Shown: piece after piece, positions 19,020 through 30,400 of the stretch
How the letters are laid out: each line of letters begins with the position of its first letter
Position numbering within the stretch: position 1 is the stretch's first letter
IMG/VR virus record: IMGVR_UViG_3300023184_003282
Location: 1-47,755 of that record
Strand: one strand, 5' to 3'
Source: a virus
Taxonomy: Duplodnaviria > Caudoviricetes
Length of the DNA: 47,755 nt
The notes under the pieces: model-generated
The model's database searches: none
What the model saw: only the letters and a program-made list of their open reading frames with translations
Told to the model about the DNA's origin: nothing
Translations under genes and position numbers: made by a program

Positions 19020-19052
19020 AAACCCACTAATAGAAATATTAGTGGGTTTTTT
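19020..19052 (+). terminator. Rho-independent terminator after the capsid gene
   Basis: Stem-loop aaacccactaata-gaaa-tattagtgggttt running into a T-tract. Confidence 0.9.
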
Positions 19053-19099
19053 GTATTTTTAAGTTTACTTATGATACAGGTATGTAATTATAATATAAT

Positions 19100-19519
19100 A
19101 TGCAAGAAAAATTATGTAAATGTGGATGTGGGGATGTTTTAAAAAACATAAAAAACACATATGTAGTTGGACACTCTAATCGAGATCCAGAGGTAAAACT
19201 TAAAAAGGAAAAAACATACATCCAAAAATATGGAGTTTCTAACCCAAGTAAGGCATTAAATATTAAAATTAAAAAAGAAGAAACTAATCTTAAAAAGTTT
19301 GGAACTAAATATGCATCACAAAATGAAGACATAAAAAAAGAAGTAAAGGAAAATTGGATTAAAAAATATGGAGTCGATAATCCATCAAAGATAGATTCGG
19401 TAAAAAAAATAATTTCAGAAAAAGTTAAAGCTTCTAGAGAGCGGGTAAGAGAAAAAACACAAAAAACATTTTATAAAACAATTTTGAAACGTTTATATGA
19501 TGAAGGTAAAATGGTTTAA
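19100..19519 (+). CDS. Homing-endonuclease-associated DNA-binding repeat protein lacking a nuclease domain (probable HEG remnant)
   Basis: N-terminal CKCGCG and three K(Y/F)G..(NP/YA)S repeats typical of free-standing phage endonucleases; no HNH, GIY-YIG or PD-(D/E)xK motif before the stop. Confidence 0.6.
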   Translation: MQEKLCKCGCGDVLKNIKNTYVVGHSNRDPEVKLKKEKTYIQKYGVSNPSKALNIKIKKEETNLKKFGTKYASQNEDIKKEVKENWIKKYGVDNPSKIDSVKKIISEKVKASRERVREKTQKTFYKTILKRLYDEGKMV

Positions 19520-19532
19520 AATTCCAAAAAGT

Positions 19533-20030
19533 TTATTGATCAATAATTTCAGAATCTGTAATTTGCAATTTTTCTCTTCTTTGCGGTTTATCAAACATTT
19601 TCTGCATAATTTCATCTCTGGTTGCAATAACTATATTATTAGTTTGTGGTACTAATTTTGAAAGATGTGAATTTGATTCGAGTTCTAATTTTTTAATTTC
19701 GATATTAGCTTTGGTTTGTTTATTCTGTATATTAATTTTATTTAATTGATCTAAAGCTTTTGATGCGGAGTTGATTAATTGCGAAAGAGCGGATATTTCT
19801 TTTGGATCACTTCCTGCCAATATATTATCTCGAAAAGAAGCGATAGCTCCTAGAGTAGATTCAACCAATTCACTGGATTTATTATAAACATAGTCATTTA
19901 CGGTTTCATCGGTCAGTATGGCTGTTTTAGGAGTATCCAGAGGGGTATTTGAAACTTTATTTATGGGAACGATAGAATCATCTTTTAATTGGTCGATAAT
20001 ATCATCTATTTCAGAATTTGTATTTGACAT
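19533..20030 (-). CDS. Probable terminase small subunit, T4 gp16-like
   Basis: Two long helices (SDPKEISALSQLINSASKALDQL) followed by TNNIVIATRDEIMQKM, which resembles the gp16 C-terminal beta-strand/helix motif. Confidence 0.6.
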   Translation of the reverse strand: MSNTNSEIDDIIDQLKDDSIVPINKVSNTPLDTPKTAILTDETVNDYVYNKSSELVESTLGAIASFRDNILAGSDPKEISALSQLINSASKALDQLNKINIQNKQTKANIEIKKLELESNSHLSKLVPQTNNIVIATRDEIMQKMFDKPQRREKLQITDSEIIDQ

Positions 20031-20058
20031 ATATAAATATATTTACTAAATATTTATA
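20031..20058. promoter_or_regulatory. Bidirectional late promoter pair
   Basis: TATAAATA on + (20032-20039) and on - (20051-20058), between two divergent start codons. Confidence 0.6.
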
Positions 20059-20231
20059 TGACACAAGTAATAATTCAAAACATAGGTAATTTTCATATTC
20101 CAAATGAAAAAACAGAAGAGTTGAAAAGCTGGCTTATTGATAATGATGGAGTTAAAACTAATTCAGATCAAGAGGCTCTTAAAGAGGTTATTGATAGAAA
20201 ATACGAAGGTTCTCAGTTACTGAACGGTTAA
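20058..20231 (+). CDS. Small 57-aa protein absent from the ORF track
   Basis: Manual translation MTQVIIQNIGNFHIPNEKTEELKSWLIDNDGVKTNSDQEALKEVIDRKYEGSQLLNG*. It fills the gap exactly and has a late motif upstream. Confidence 0.75.
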   Translation: MTQVIIQNIGNFHIPNEKTEELKSWLIDNDGVKTNSDQEALKEVIDRKYEGSQLLNG

Positions 20232-20234
20232 AAC

Positions 20235-20263
20235 TTGACTTAATCTTTCATATACTTTATTAT
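20235..20263 (+). promoter_or_regulatory. sigma70-type (early/middle) promoter of the clamp loader
   Basis: TTGACT-N17-TATTAT; ATG at 20274. Confidence 0.6.
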
Positions 20264-20273
20264 CTAATAAAGT

Positions 20274-21206
20274 ATGAACAAGTATAATTTACTTTGGGTT
20301 GAAAAATATAGACCCAAAAAATTAAATGATTTGATTTTATCAGATCAAAATAAAACGTTTTTTTCAAATCTATCTGATAATACCCCTCATCTATTATTTT
20401 ATGGTCGGGCGGGTACTGGTAAAACCTCTCTAGCCAAAATTTTAGTAAATGATATATTGAAATGTCAATATTTATATATTAATGCGAGTGATGAAAATGG
20501 GGTAGATATGATTCGAAATAAGGTTATATCCTTTACACAAACTAAGTCTATCGATGGTAAGAAGAAGATAATTATCTTGGATGAATTTTGCGGCACAACT
20601 GCGGAAGCGCAACGCATATTGCGAAACGTAATGGAAGAGTATTCGGAAAACGCAAGATTCATTTTAACTGCAAATTTTCTAGAGAGAATCGTAGAACCAA
20701 TACAATCCAGATGTTCATTGTTTAATCTTCAACCATCGTTAGATGATTTAGTTAAAAGATGTTGTTTGATTTTAAAAAATGAAAACATTACAGTACCACA
20801 AGATCAAAAACCATTATTGTTAAATTTAGTAGAAAAAAACTATCCAGATTTGAGAAGAATAATCAATGATCTTCAAAAATTTTCAATAACTGGAGTTTTA
20901 TGTATACAATCAGATAATATTTTAAAAGATATAACACAAGATATTTTTAATATGTTATTAGATAAAACTGATGTTTTAAAAATTAGAAAAAAAACTATTG
21001 AGAGTGAGATGAAATTTAGTGCGGATTATCAATCACTACTTAAACAGTTATTTGAATATTTTTATGACTCAAATATTTTGGATATAAAAAAGAAAAATAT
21101 TTTAATGGATATCGGTGAATATATGTATAGAGATATATCAGTTCTCGATAAAGAAATAAATTTCTTTTGTTGTATTATCTCGTTATCTAAAATTATTAAT
21201 AATTAA
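20274..21206 (+). CDS. gp44: Sliding-clamp loader AAA+ subunit (T4 gp44/RFC small subunit-like)
   Basis: Motifs LWVEKYRP, Walker A GRAGTGKT, INASDE, Walker B ILDEF and the SRC arginine finger. Confidence 0.93.
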   Translation: MNKYNLLWVEKYRPKKLNDLILSDQNKTFFSNLSDNTPHLLFYGRAGTGKTSLAKILVNDILKCQYLYINASDENGVDMIRNKVISFTQTKSIDGKKKIIILDEFCGTTAEAQRILRNVMEEYSENARFILTANFLERIVEPIQSRCSLFNLQPSLDDLVKRCCLILKNENITVPQDQKPLLLNLVEKNYPDLRRIINDLQKFSITGVLCIQSDNILKDITQDIFNMLLDKTDVLKIRKKTIESEMKFSADYQSLLKQLFEYFYDSNILDIKKKNILMDIGEYMYRDISVLDKEINFFCCIISLSKIINN

Positions 21207-21721
21207 ATATTAGTATTTTTAGTTGGTAATGAGTTATCCGTTGGTTGATTTCCTAAATTAATATTAACAGTAACTACTTCTGGTTTAGTTCCTATTGGTT
21301 TTTCGTATTTATTAGGGACGCCTTGAACTGGTGGTAAATTATTACCGAAGTTTAAAACTTCTATTAAATTTAAATCTCCAGGTACTGTAAATTCACTAAC
21401 TTCGGTACTATACTTAACACTTCTAGGATCCATCTTTAGAATTAGATATACGGAACCGGAACCTTCATTAGTATTAGCATCTTTTATATTTTGCTCTGAA
21501 CCGGAACCAACAACTCTCTTTATAAAGAAAAAAACTTCTCTTTCAATTAAATCTTTTAAAACATTAAAAAATTCAGTGTCTTTTCCATAATGGGTTCCGC
21601 AATAAATAGACGTTAAAAAATCTTTTTTAAGTCTTACGGGTGAGCCTTCTCTGAAACCTCCATTCGAGTAGTGGGAAAACGCTTGTTCTAGAAGAGTATT
21701 GAATTTGTTAAACTTTGACAT
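21203..21721 (-). CDS. Hypothetical protein, probably late/virion
   Basis: 172-aa ORF filling the gap; TAAATA upstream on the - strand; shares TTAA with the convergent clamp-loader stop. Confidence 0.7.
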   Translation of the reverse strand: MSKFNKFNTLLEQAFSHYSNGGFREGSPVRLKKDFLTSIYCGTHYGKDTEFFNVLKDLIEREVFFFIKRVVGSGSEQNIKDANTNEGSGSVYLILKMDPRSVKYSTEVSEFTVPGDLNLIEVLNFGNNLPPVQGVPNKYEKPIGTKPEVVTVNINLGNQPTDNSLPTKNTNI

Positions 21722-21746
21722 ATTACTATAAGTATTTACACTTAAA

Positions 21747-22253
21747 ATGGCTAAAATCGATCTAAATAATTTGGCACGGCCAAAACAAATTAATTCTCCG
21801 GATACTAAAATAAACGAAGAAGTTATAGATAAATCTTACATATATAGAGATTTACATTTAGATTTGAAAATGTCCGAAAATATAGGATCTGGAATAAATA
21901 ATATCGAATCGGGGGATATTTTAGTGGATGATGATATTTTAGCTATTAAAAATTCAATGAGAAATATTTTTATGACAAATAAAGGAGAAAAACTTTTAAA
22001 TCCGGAGTTTGGATGTTCATTTCTACAATATTTGTTTGAGCCGGTAAGCGAAGTTGTTGCTGGTATAATGGGTAGAGATATACTAGATACTATTTCAAAC
22101 CTAGAAGATAGAATAATAATAGATAATATAAATATAGAACCCATACCCGACGATAATTTATACAATATTCAAATAACATATTCGTTTATTGAAATAAAAA
22201 AACAAAATATATTAAATATAATAGCACTTAGGGGGGGAGAAGTCTTAATATAA
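21747..22253 (+). CDS. gp25: Baseplate wedge subunit, gp25-like
   Basis: Motifs YRDLHLD, AIKNSMRNIF.T.KGEK..NPEFG...YLFEP and E.RI. Confidence 0.9.
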   Translation: MAKIDLNNLARPKQINSPDTKINEEVIDKSYIYRDLHLDLKMSENIGSGINNIESGDILVDDDILAIKNSMRNIFMTNKGEKLLNPEFGCSFLQYLFEPVSEVVAGIMGRDILDTISNLEDRIIIDNINIEPIPDDNLYNIQITYSFIEIKKQNILNIIALRGGEVLI

Positions 22254-22266
22254 GATAATTATTAAT

Positions 22267-24066
22267 ATGGAAGATAAATTTTTAACTAAAAATTCTTATG
22301 TATCGTTTGATGCAACAAGTTTAAGAGATTTAATAGTTGATAGACTCAATAGAGGTAAAGTTTTTACAGATCAAAACTATCAAGGTTCAAACTTATCATC
22401 ATTAATTGATGTTGTAGGATTTACTTTTAGTACATTAATGTATTATTTGAATAAAACATCATCAGAAAGCATGTTTTCAGAATCACAGATTTATGAAAAC
22501 ATGAATAGAATCGTAAAGATATTAAATTATAATCCAGTTGGTAGATTGGGGCAAACTGTTCCATATGTATTATTATTAACTAACATCATCCCCGCTGGTA
22601 ATTACACGATTCCTAGATATAGTTATATATCAGTTGGGGGAACATACTATTCAATTAATCAAGATACAACATTTACCAAACTAACAAATAACGATGAAAC
22701 TATTGATGTTATTGCAAATACATATTTAGCATATCAAGGAGTATATGATGAATATCCAATATACACCGCAATTGGAGTTGAAAATGAAATAGTATTTTTA
22801 GCACTAGATTCTGATATTTATATAGACCATTTAAACATTGACGTATATGTTAAAAAATTTGAAACTGATAATTGGGTTAAATGGACAAGATGTAATGAGT
22901 TATTTTTATTTTCATCAGCAGATGCGATGTATGAGGTTAGATTTAATTCTAATAAAAATTACGAAATAAAATTCGGTGATGATATTAATGGTCAAAAATT
23001 AAATGAAGGAGATCAAGTTTCTATTTTCTACTTAAAGGTTTCTGAAAACGCATCACCAATAGGTCCGAACTCATTGGTAAATTCTTCATTAGTATCTTAT
23101 AATTCTATTAACTACGTAAATATATTATCAGATACATCCACTATATATGAAAATTTTTTAACACCATATCAATTAAATAACGTAAAATTAAATAATGATT
23201 ATCCGTCATCAACATTTACATATGAAGAAAATGTCGATTCTATTAGAAAAAATGCACCAAAAACATTTAGAAGTCAATATAGATTAGTTACAGAAACTGA
23301 TTATGATGCATTTTTAAGATTAAATTATTCTTTATTTTTATCAGATGTAAAAGTAGTTAATAATGAAAATTTTTTAGCAAATTATATAAAATATTTATAT
23401 GATATCGGATTAGATGAACCACAAAAAGAAAATAGAATATTGGTTAATCAAGTAAAATTTGCTACTAGTTGTAATTTTAATAACATATATGTTTATATGA
23501 TTCCTAAAAATCCAATACAGCAATATATAACACCACCACAAAAAGAAATTATTGTAAATGGATTAATAGATACAAAAACTATAACATCAAACATAGTTCC
23601 AATGGATCCCGTTTATATTTATATAGATTTTTATGTTGGTATCGTGAATGAATATCCATCTATAAATAATTTAAATTTTTCAAAATTGATTATAACAAAA
23701 AGCGCAAACAGTAGACGAGCAGATTCGGCTATAAAAGCTGATATTGAAAAAATATTTATAAAATATTTTGATAGAAACGTTAATAAATTAGGTCAACTTA
23801 TTAATATTTATCAAATATCTACTGATATATTAAATATAGAAAGTATAGATCGAATACAAACTTACAGATCGGATGCTAATCTTTATGCTGAAGGGTTATC
23901 ATTTTTATTTTGGAATAATATATACCCAGAAAGAGATGCAAATGTCTATTCACAAAACGTACAATTAGACAATTTTAAATATCCAATTTTTAATAGTTTA
24001 AATAATTTGTTTTCTAGAATTGAAATAGTTGAAAAAGCATCAGCAATTAAAACTGCTGATTTTTAA
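22267..24066 (+). CDS. gp6: Baseplate wedge subunit, gp6-like
   Basis: Motifs FTDQNYQGSNLSSLID, SESMF, LNYNP, YEIKFGD...G and E..DSIR.NAP..F..Q.RLVT..DY. Confidence 0.88.
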   Translation: MEDKFLTKNSYVSFDATSLRDLIVDRLNRGKVFTDQNYQGSNLSSLIDVVGFTFSTLMYYLNKTSSESMFSESQIYENMNRIVKILNYNPVGRLGQTVPYVLLLTNIIPAGNYTIPRYSYISVGGTYYSINQDTTFTKLTNNDETIDVIANTYLAYQGVYDEYPIYTAIGVENEIVFLALDSDIYIDHLNIDVYVKKFETDNWVKWTRCNELFLFSSADAMYEVRFNSNKNYEIKFGDDINGQKLNEGDQVSIFYLKVSENASPIGPNSLVNSSLVSYNSINYVNILSDTSTIYENFLTPYQLNNVKLNNDYPSSTFTYEENVDSIRKNAPKTFRSQYRLVTETDYDAFLRLNYSLFLSDVKVVNNENFLANYIKYLYDIGLDEPQKENRILVNQVKFATSCNFNNIYVYMIPKNPIQQYITPPQKEIIVNGLIDTKTITSNIVPMDPVYIYIDFYVGIVNEYPSINNLNFSKLIITKSANSRRADSAIKADIEKIFIKYFDRNVNKLGQLINIYQISTDILNIESIDRIQTYRSDANLYAEGLSFLFWNNIYPERDANVYSQNVQLDNFKYPIFNSLNNLFSRIEIVEKASAIKTADF

Positions 24067-24069
24067 CGT

Positions 24070-27000
24070 ATGATTAATGTATCAAAAATATCGGGATTTG
24101 CAAAATCTACAAATTTCAGTTTTAACATAAGTGATAGCGCACTTTTACTTTATGATACCTTTTTATGGAATTTCGGTGATGGTAATATAAGTCAGTTAAA
24201 AGCACCAAGTCATCGATATGATTACCCCAATGATTATAAAGTTTCGGTTTTAGTATATAATAAAAAAAACGGAACTAAAGATACTTTTACTATAGATATA
24301 AAAGTTGTTTTATATTTAAGTGAATCTATATATTTTGATATAATACCCCCACCTACATTTTCCGGATATTATAATAAATATCCATTTAGGGTTAATATAA
24401 CATCATCTAGGGTTGGAAAACATACTATAGACGTATCAACTCAATTTTCTAAATCATACGATAGACAAATACCAGAAAATAAATGGTCTTTTTTAAGACC
24501 AGAATGGAGAATTTTAGATTTAAATGGTAATAAAATAGAACATATAGATACTACTGATACGTTAATAAAAATAGATAATGATGGGGTTTTGAATGAAAAT
24601 GGAACCGTTGTTGGTATAACAGGAACGGCTGAGTTTTATGTGGTTGATGATTCTTTCAATACCGATTTAGTTATAAATAATCATCCATATACAACCATAA
24701 TTGCAACATTAAGAACTGATGAAGTAAAATCATTTCACGATAGTTTTAATTTAAATGAAAGTCTACCAAGTTATAGTAATAGTCTAGCAATAGCAATTGC
24801 ACCATATATGTTTTTATGGAAAACTCCTGATAATTTACAAATAACTGAAAATGGTATTAAGGGGTTTGGTAAAAATAAATGGTCAAATTCCAACATTCCG
24901 ATATTAACAAAGATATCAAATTATAATATTGAAAATACAAATACATTAGATGGTAATCACTTTAAAATGTATAATGAAAATTCATACATATGTCACGATA
25001 TACCATTTAATTCTCAAAATAAATATACTTTGAATTTTTTAATTTGCGGTATAAGTGGGAATATATTACCATCAGATCGTAGTATAAATTATATAGATGA
25101 TACTAATTTTAAAACACAGGGGTATTTTAAAGGAGTTTTAAAAACAGAATCTATATCAGCTGAAAACGTTATAATTAAATCTAATATAATAATAAATAAT
25201 ATACCATCGTTATCTGGAAATTTACATAATCCATTAATTTGGATATCAAATCCAGAAGCGGGAATGATGGCCGTTGCTCAATACTATTATTTCGATGAAT
25301 TGGATAATATAACAACAAAAAATTTAAATAGAGCTAATTTTAAAGCATTCGATTTACCACTACAGAATTCATATAATGAAACATATCCATTAACTGGATT
25401 TCATGGAGTGTATTCCATTGCAGCATTGCCTGCACCAACATTTAATGCTTGGGTATCGGATTCGGAAACAAATAATATATATCGCATATCATCAATAGGA
25501 CAGATTTTATGTTCAATAAACATTGACAATGTTTTAAGAAATAATAATTTAAATGCTTTAGTATCTAGAGACAGTTTAAATAATCAAACGTCACCATCAT
25601 GTATAACATTAGATTCTAATCAAAATATATGGGTTACGTTATATGATACTACCTCATGTTTAAAATTTAATTCGGATGGTATTTTTCTATTTGCAACATC
25701 CCCATTAAATAGTTTATCTTATAATGTAAGTGCAAATTCTAGTTTTTATAATTTATTTTTACAAAATTCAAACGGCGTAAGATCAAATACAAATGATTTT
25801 GATTTTAATATATTAGAACCCACATGCATAGACGCGGACTCTAATGACAATGTTTGGGTATCATATTCTAATTTATTAAGTGGGATTGTTATAAAATATA
25901 ATCAAAGTGGGATTTTACAAAAAGCAATATCATATCCTATAACATTTTCACCAAACCAAATAAAATGTGATAAGGATGATAACATTTGGATAACATGCTC
26001 ACAAACTATAGAAAAAAGAAATTCTAATGGTGTATTACTGAGTTCTTATGGTGTATATGACCAAATAAATCACTTATGTTTAGATAAAAATCAAAATCCA
26101 TGGTTCACTTATAGCTATCAGTGGGTCGGATCAATAGATACCATAACAGGAATTCAAAAAAATATAAAAATGTCTACTGGATCATATTCGGAAAATCCAC
26201 CAGCATGGATGTCTACTTCAAACTCCATAAGCGGAGTTATATTCGATGAGAATATGCTAGAAGGTATAGCATCCGATATTTTAGGTAGAATTTTTGTAAT
26301 AAATTCCATAGAAAATAAAATATATATAATAGATTCTATAACAAATACAATTATTGATTTTTTTCATATTGGACCAAATGGATTTAATTTTATAACTAGA
26401 AACAAAGAAGAATACAATCAAAATACGGATATTGAATTTAATTATTGGAATAAATCAGCACAAGCTCAGGGAGATTGGACTGGGTTTCATTGGACCAATA
26501 AATACGGTAAAAGTAAATTAAATTTTTTATATCCAACATCATCTAACATTTTTCTGTCTGGGGAAACGGATTATATAAATTTTTACGATAAAAACCCATA
26601 TGAAATTTTTAAAATAAATGAAAATTTTGATTTATCGGAAAATATGAGATCGGTAACATTTCAAAAAAATATCAGAGAAAATGATTTTTTGTTTGATAAT
26701 TTTTTAGGTTCTATTTTTGGTAAATATCCATTTGAACATGATGATTTGGGATTAAATACATATGAAAAAATATCAAATTTTACTATAAATCATTCAGATG
26801 TAGACACTTGTGATATAAATTCGTTGTATGATATTTCAAATATGATGGATTTAAATAATGACGATTTTAAAATTAATTTTCCACAACAAATTAAAAAAAT
26901 AATGGATATTTTAAGTATAAATAAATCTAAACTATGGGGATCTACATTAGATGACAAATATAATTTTAAAAAATTAAATAAAAATAATAATTTTAATCGC

Positions 27001-27414
27001 GGAGAGTTAATAACATTATCAGCATATACGGTAAATGCTGGTGATAAATTTCTATTAAAAATAAAAAATTTAAATGAATATCGATTAATAAATTCTGGAT
27101 ATTATTTTAATTCTAATGTTCCAATAACAAGTTCTATAAATGTTGGATCATCCACTTATACAATAAATGATTTGGCAATATTTCTAAAGTTAGATGATAA
27201 TTTACAAATAAATCAAAATTGGAGCGATTTTTATGAATTTTATGAGTTTGTTGACTCTCAACATGAAATATTAGTTGAGAATATAATAGATTGGGAAAAT
27301 GAACAAACGACATTAAACAGAAATTTATCATCCATTAAAAAATGGACAGAACCCGAAGGTATTATGGAAACAATATTTTCTTATTATTTATATAAAGGAT
27401 TTGAGTTAATTTAG
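24070..27414 (+). CDS. Large putative baseplate protein with a PKD domain, an NHL/beta-propeller region and a helical C-terminus
   Basis: WNFGDG...P.H.Y..P..Y.V (PKD); repeated D.N.N(I/V)W(V/I) propeller motifs; directly follows gp6. Confidence 0.65.
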   Translation: MINVSKISGFAKSTNFSFNISDSALLLYDTFLWNFGDGNISQLKAPSHRYDYPNDYKVSVLVYNKKNGTKDTFTIDIKVVLYLSESIYFDIIPPPTFSGYYNKYPFRVNITSSRVGKHTIDVSTQFSKSYDRQIPENKWSFLRPEWRILDLNGNKIEHIDTTDTLIKIDNDGVLNENGTVVGITGTAEFYVVDDSFNTDLVINNHPYTTIIATLRTDEVKSFHDSFNLNESLPSYSNSLAIAIAPYMFLWKTPDNLQITENGIKGFGKNKWSNSNIPILTKISNYNIENTNTLDGNHFKMYNENSYICHDIPFNSQNKYTLNFLICGISGNILPSDRSINYIDDTNFKTQGYFKGVLKTESISAENVIIKSNIIINNIPSLSGNLHNPLIWISNPEAGMMAVAQYYYFDELDNITTKNLNRANFKAFDLPLQNSYNETYPLTGFHGVYSIAALPAPTFNAWVSDSETNNIYRISSIGQILCSINIDNVLRNNNLNALVSRDSLNNQTSPSCITLDSNQNIWVTLYDTTSCLKFNSDGIFLFATSPLNSLSYNVSANSSFYNLFLQNSNGVRSNTNDFDFNILEPTCIDADSNDNVWVSYSNLLSGIVIKYNQSGILQKAISYPITFSPNQIKCDKDDNIWITCSQTIEKRNSNGVLLSSYGVYDQINHLCLDKNQNPWFTYSYQWVGSIDTITGIQKNIKMSTGSYSENPPAWMSTSNSISGVIFDENMLEGIASDILGRIFVINSIENKIYIIDSITNTIIDFFHIGPNGFNFITRNKEEYNQNTDIEFNYWNKSAQAQGDWTGFHWTNKYGKSKLNFLYPTSSNIFLSGETDYINFYDKNPYEIFKINENFDLSENMRSVTFQKNIRENDFLFDNFLGSIFGKYPFEHDDLGLNTYEKISNFTINHSDVDTCDINSLYDISNMMDLNNDDFKINFPQQIKKIMDILSINKSKLWGSTLDDKYNFKKLNKNNNFNRGELITLSAYTVNAGDKFLLKIKNLNEYRLINSGYYFNSNVPITSSINVGSSTYTINDLAIFLKLDDNLQINQNWSDFYEFYEFVDSQHEILVENIIDWENEQTTLNRNLSSIKKWTEPEGIMETIFSYYLYKGFELI

Positions 27415-27451
27415 CTTTAAAAATAATTTTTTTTTCTAAATATTAAAATAA

Positions 27452-30400
27452 ATGGCAACTACAACACCAACGACGATATCTGAAGGATATTCTGCTAAAA
27501 AAAGAATAGGGTCTATATGGCCATTTGATATTTATGATATAGAGCCAGTATACATAAATTCTGAACAAAAATTAAACACGACTAAAACTTTAAAAAAATA
27601 TCAAACACAAAACTATGTTAATATTCTGAATTCTACAACATATGGAAATGAGTTATTATCGTCGCTTAAGGATCCTTATTTTAATTATGGTAATATGATA
27701 TATACAGAATATGGAACATTTGATAACCAAAATCTTGATTTTTATACAACATATTTATCAGCATTAACGTTTAATAAACCATCCACTTTTTCATTTACAC
27801 CATCAGGCCGCTTATCAACTATTCATAAAGAGTCTCCGATTTTTAATATTATATCTACTATATATAAAACTGATGTATCCGCAGCATCCAGTCATGCAAT
27901 TTTATTAATACCCGAATCTTTATTTTTATATCCTACTAATTTAAGCGTTAGTGGTGATCAATATACATTAACATTAAATACTGTATTATTATCATCATAT
28001 ACTAAATCATATTCCGGTACTAATATTGAACGTAAAATATATAATGACATTTTTAAATATTTATATAGTAAACCATTAACGGGAGATATTAGTACTCCAC
28101 TAACACATAAAATATTATATGATATTTTTGCATATAAATTTGTTAATAGTAGAAATTTACAAAATGATATAGATATATATGTTAATGATGCATCAGTTTA
28201 TTTAGAACCATACGAATCCAATTTTAAAATTAGACCATATGATATATATTTACAGTATGAAACAATAGCAGTAAACTCATTAAACTATACTTTTTTATCG
28301 GGCGACTCAATAAACAATTATAACTTGGGTAGAGAAAGACCAGAACTAAGCGAATATAAAACATTTGATCAACAAATGGGTATCGTATATGATGATTTAT
28401 ATTCTAATAGCACAATAGATTTTTTAATAGCGATAAGTTCTATTGATGACAATTATGGTGATACTGTAGAAAATTCAACTCAATATTTAACTTTAAATTT
28501 AACGAGTGGTAAAGTGGAATATATACTATTATCCGACAACAATAATATAAATTTATCGATTCCAAAATCTTTAGAATTATCATATAAAGTAGATTCTGAA
28601 TATTTTGTTGAAAACACAAATATTAATTCTTTTACAAACGTAGCATCGAGCCTTAGTAATAAAATTATTACATATATATTACCATATCCTCCTCATTATT
28701 ATACATTTACTGCATGTTTTTCAAGTTCAATTTTAAATGGGCAAAAATTTAAAAATTATGGAAACACAACTTTAAATTTTAATTTATCGTGTGGCATAAG
28801 TAAAAGTTATTTTTCAGATAAAACATCGACCTCAGTTTCTGCTGTTGAAATATCATCATATTTAGTTTCCGATTTTAATATTTTAAAATTGCATTTTGAT
28901 ACTTTTTGTAAAAATGATAAAATAATATTTTATGCATATACAATAAAAAATAATATATCGGAAATAGTAAGGTCTGCATACTTAAGTGCATTATCATGTT
29001 ATTACGGTCCTAATTTCAATACGTATTATGATTTAAATGATCCAATATATATTCCGGCAGCATCAGCATCTCGATTAATAATAAAATATCCAGGTGAAAT
29101 ATATGGAGAATTTGAATTATGTTTAGCGGCATCATTAAGCTGTTCAAATTTAACGCAAATAGACATAGATAAAATATTACCCATAACGTTCTCTTTAGGA
29201 CATCCTATAGTACCATATCAGTATCCAATTATAATTAAAAAATTAAAAGAATCCGAAAATAGAATGGATTTGAGTTGTCAATCTTTGAGTGCTGATAATT
29301 TAATATCAACTAAAGATTTAACTAATAGTTATATATCTTGGTCATATGCACCAACTTCTAAAAATGTTAAAATATTTGCTATAGATTATAATACTCTTTT
29401 ACCATATACAGAACCGCAAACAGAAATAATATCTGGAGAATCTTTACTTTGGTCATCATCAACTAGTAATATATGTATATCGGGATATGATTATCAAAAA
29501 ATAGTAGTAACACTTTCATCTCAAAAATATAATGAAATATCTGAAATTAGTAATTTATTTTATGATTATTATTATTTAGATGAAAGTCAATTAACAATAA
29601 CATCATCAGATATCAAAAGAAATAAAACTGTTAATTTTTCATTAAGTGTTACGCGAGATTATTTCGGTACTACGTTTATAAATATTCCATCATCGACTCT
29701 TATTAGATGGGATTATGACTATTATAACAAAGATTTAGTATCTATTTATTATAGAGGTAGTTCATATTCGGAAAATACTCTTTTGTATAGTATAGATTTA
29801 AGTTCTATTGATGTTGTTATTTCAGCAGATTATAGTGATTTTATATCACAAATTGAACCAATAACTTTTAATGTTTATATGCCAGTATCTAATGATACTA
29901 AAACTACGTCATATTCCACAGATATTTGGTTATTTGCAAATGATAATATTTTAAATGTCGATTTCGATGTTCAATCACAAACATTAACATCTTCCAATAA
30001 CAAAGTTTATAAAACTAGAAATGGCGAAAATCTTATTTCAAGACCAAAAACAGATTTAAACAATTTTATTTTTAAAGGTAATACAGATGTTATACCATAT
30101 TTAAAATACGATTCATTGAATTGGAATATTTCAACTAATACGAATTACAGTTTAACGACTGCATATTCAGATGTGCCACAATTAAGCGTTGTATTTAGTA
30201 ATATCATCAATAGTTATAACATATCAAAAGCTATAATTACATTATCAGCATATAATGCATATTTACCTAATTGGATACTAGGTAGAAATATAAGCGAATC
30301 ATTTACTTTAAATTTTTTAACCGAATCGCAACTTAAAAATAAATTATCCTTTAATATATATTCACCATACACTTGGCTTACGGGATCGAGTGGAAATATT

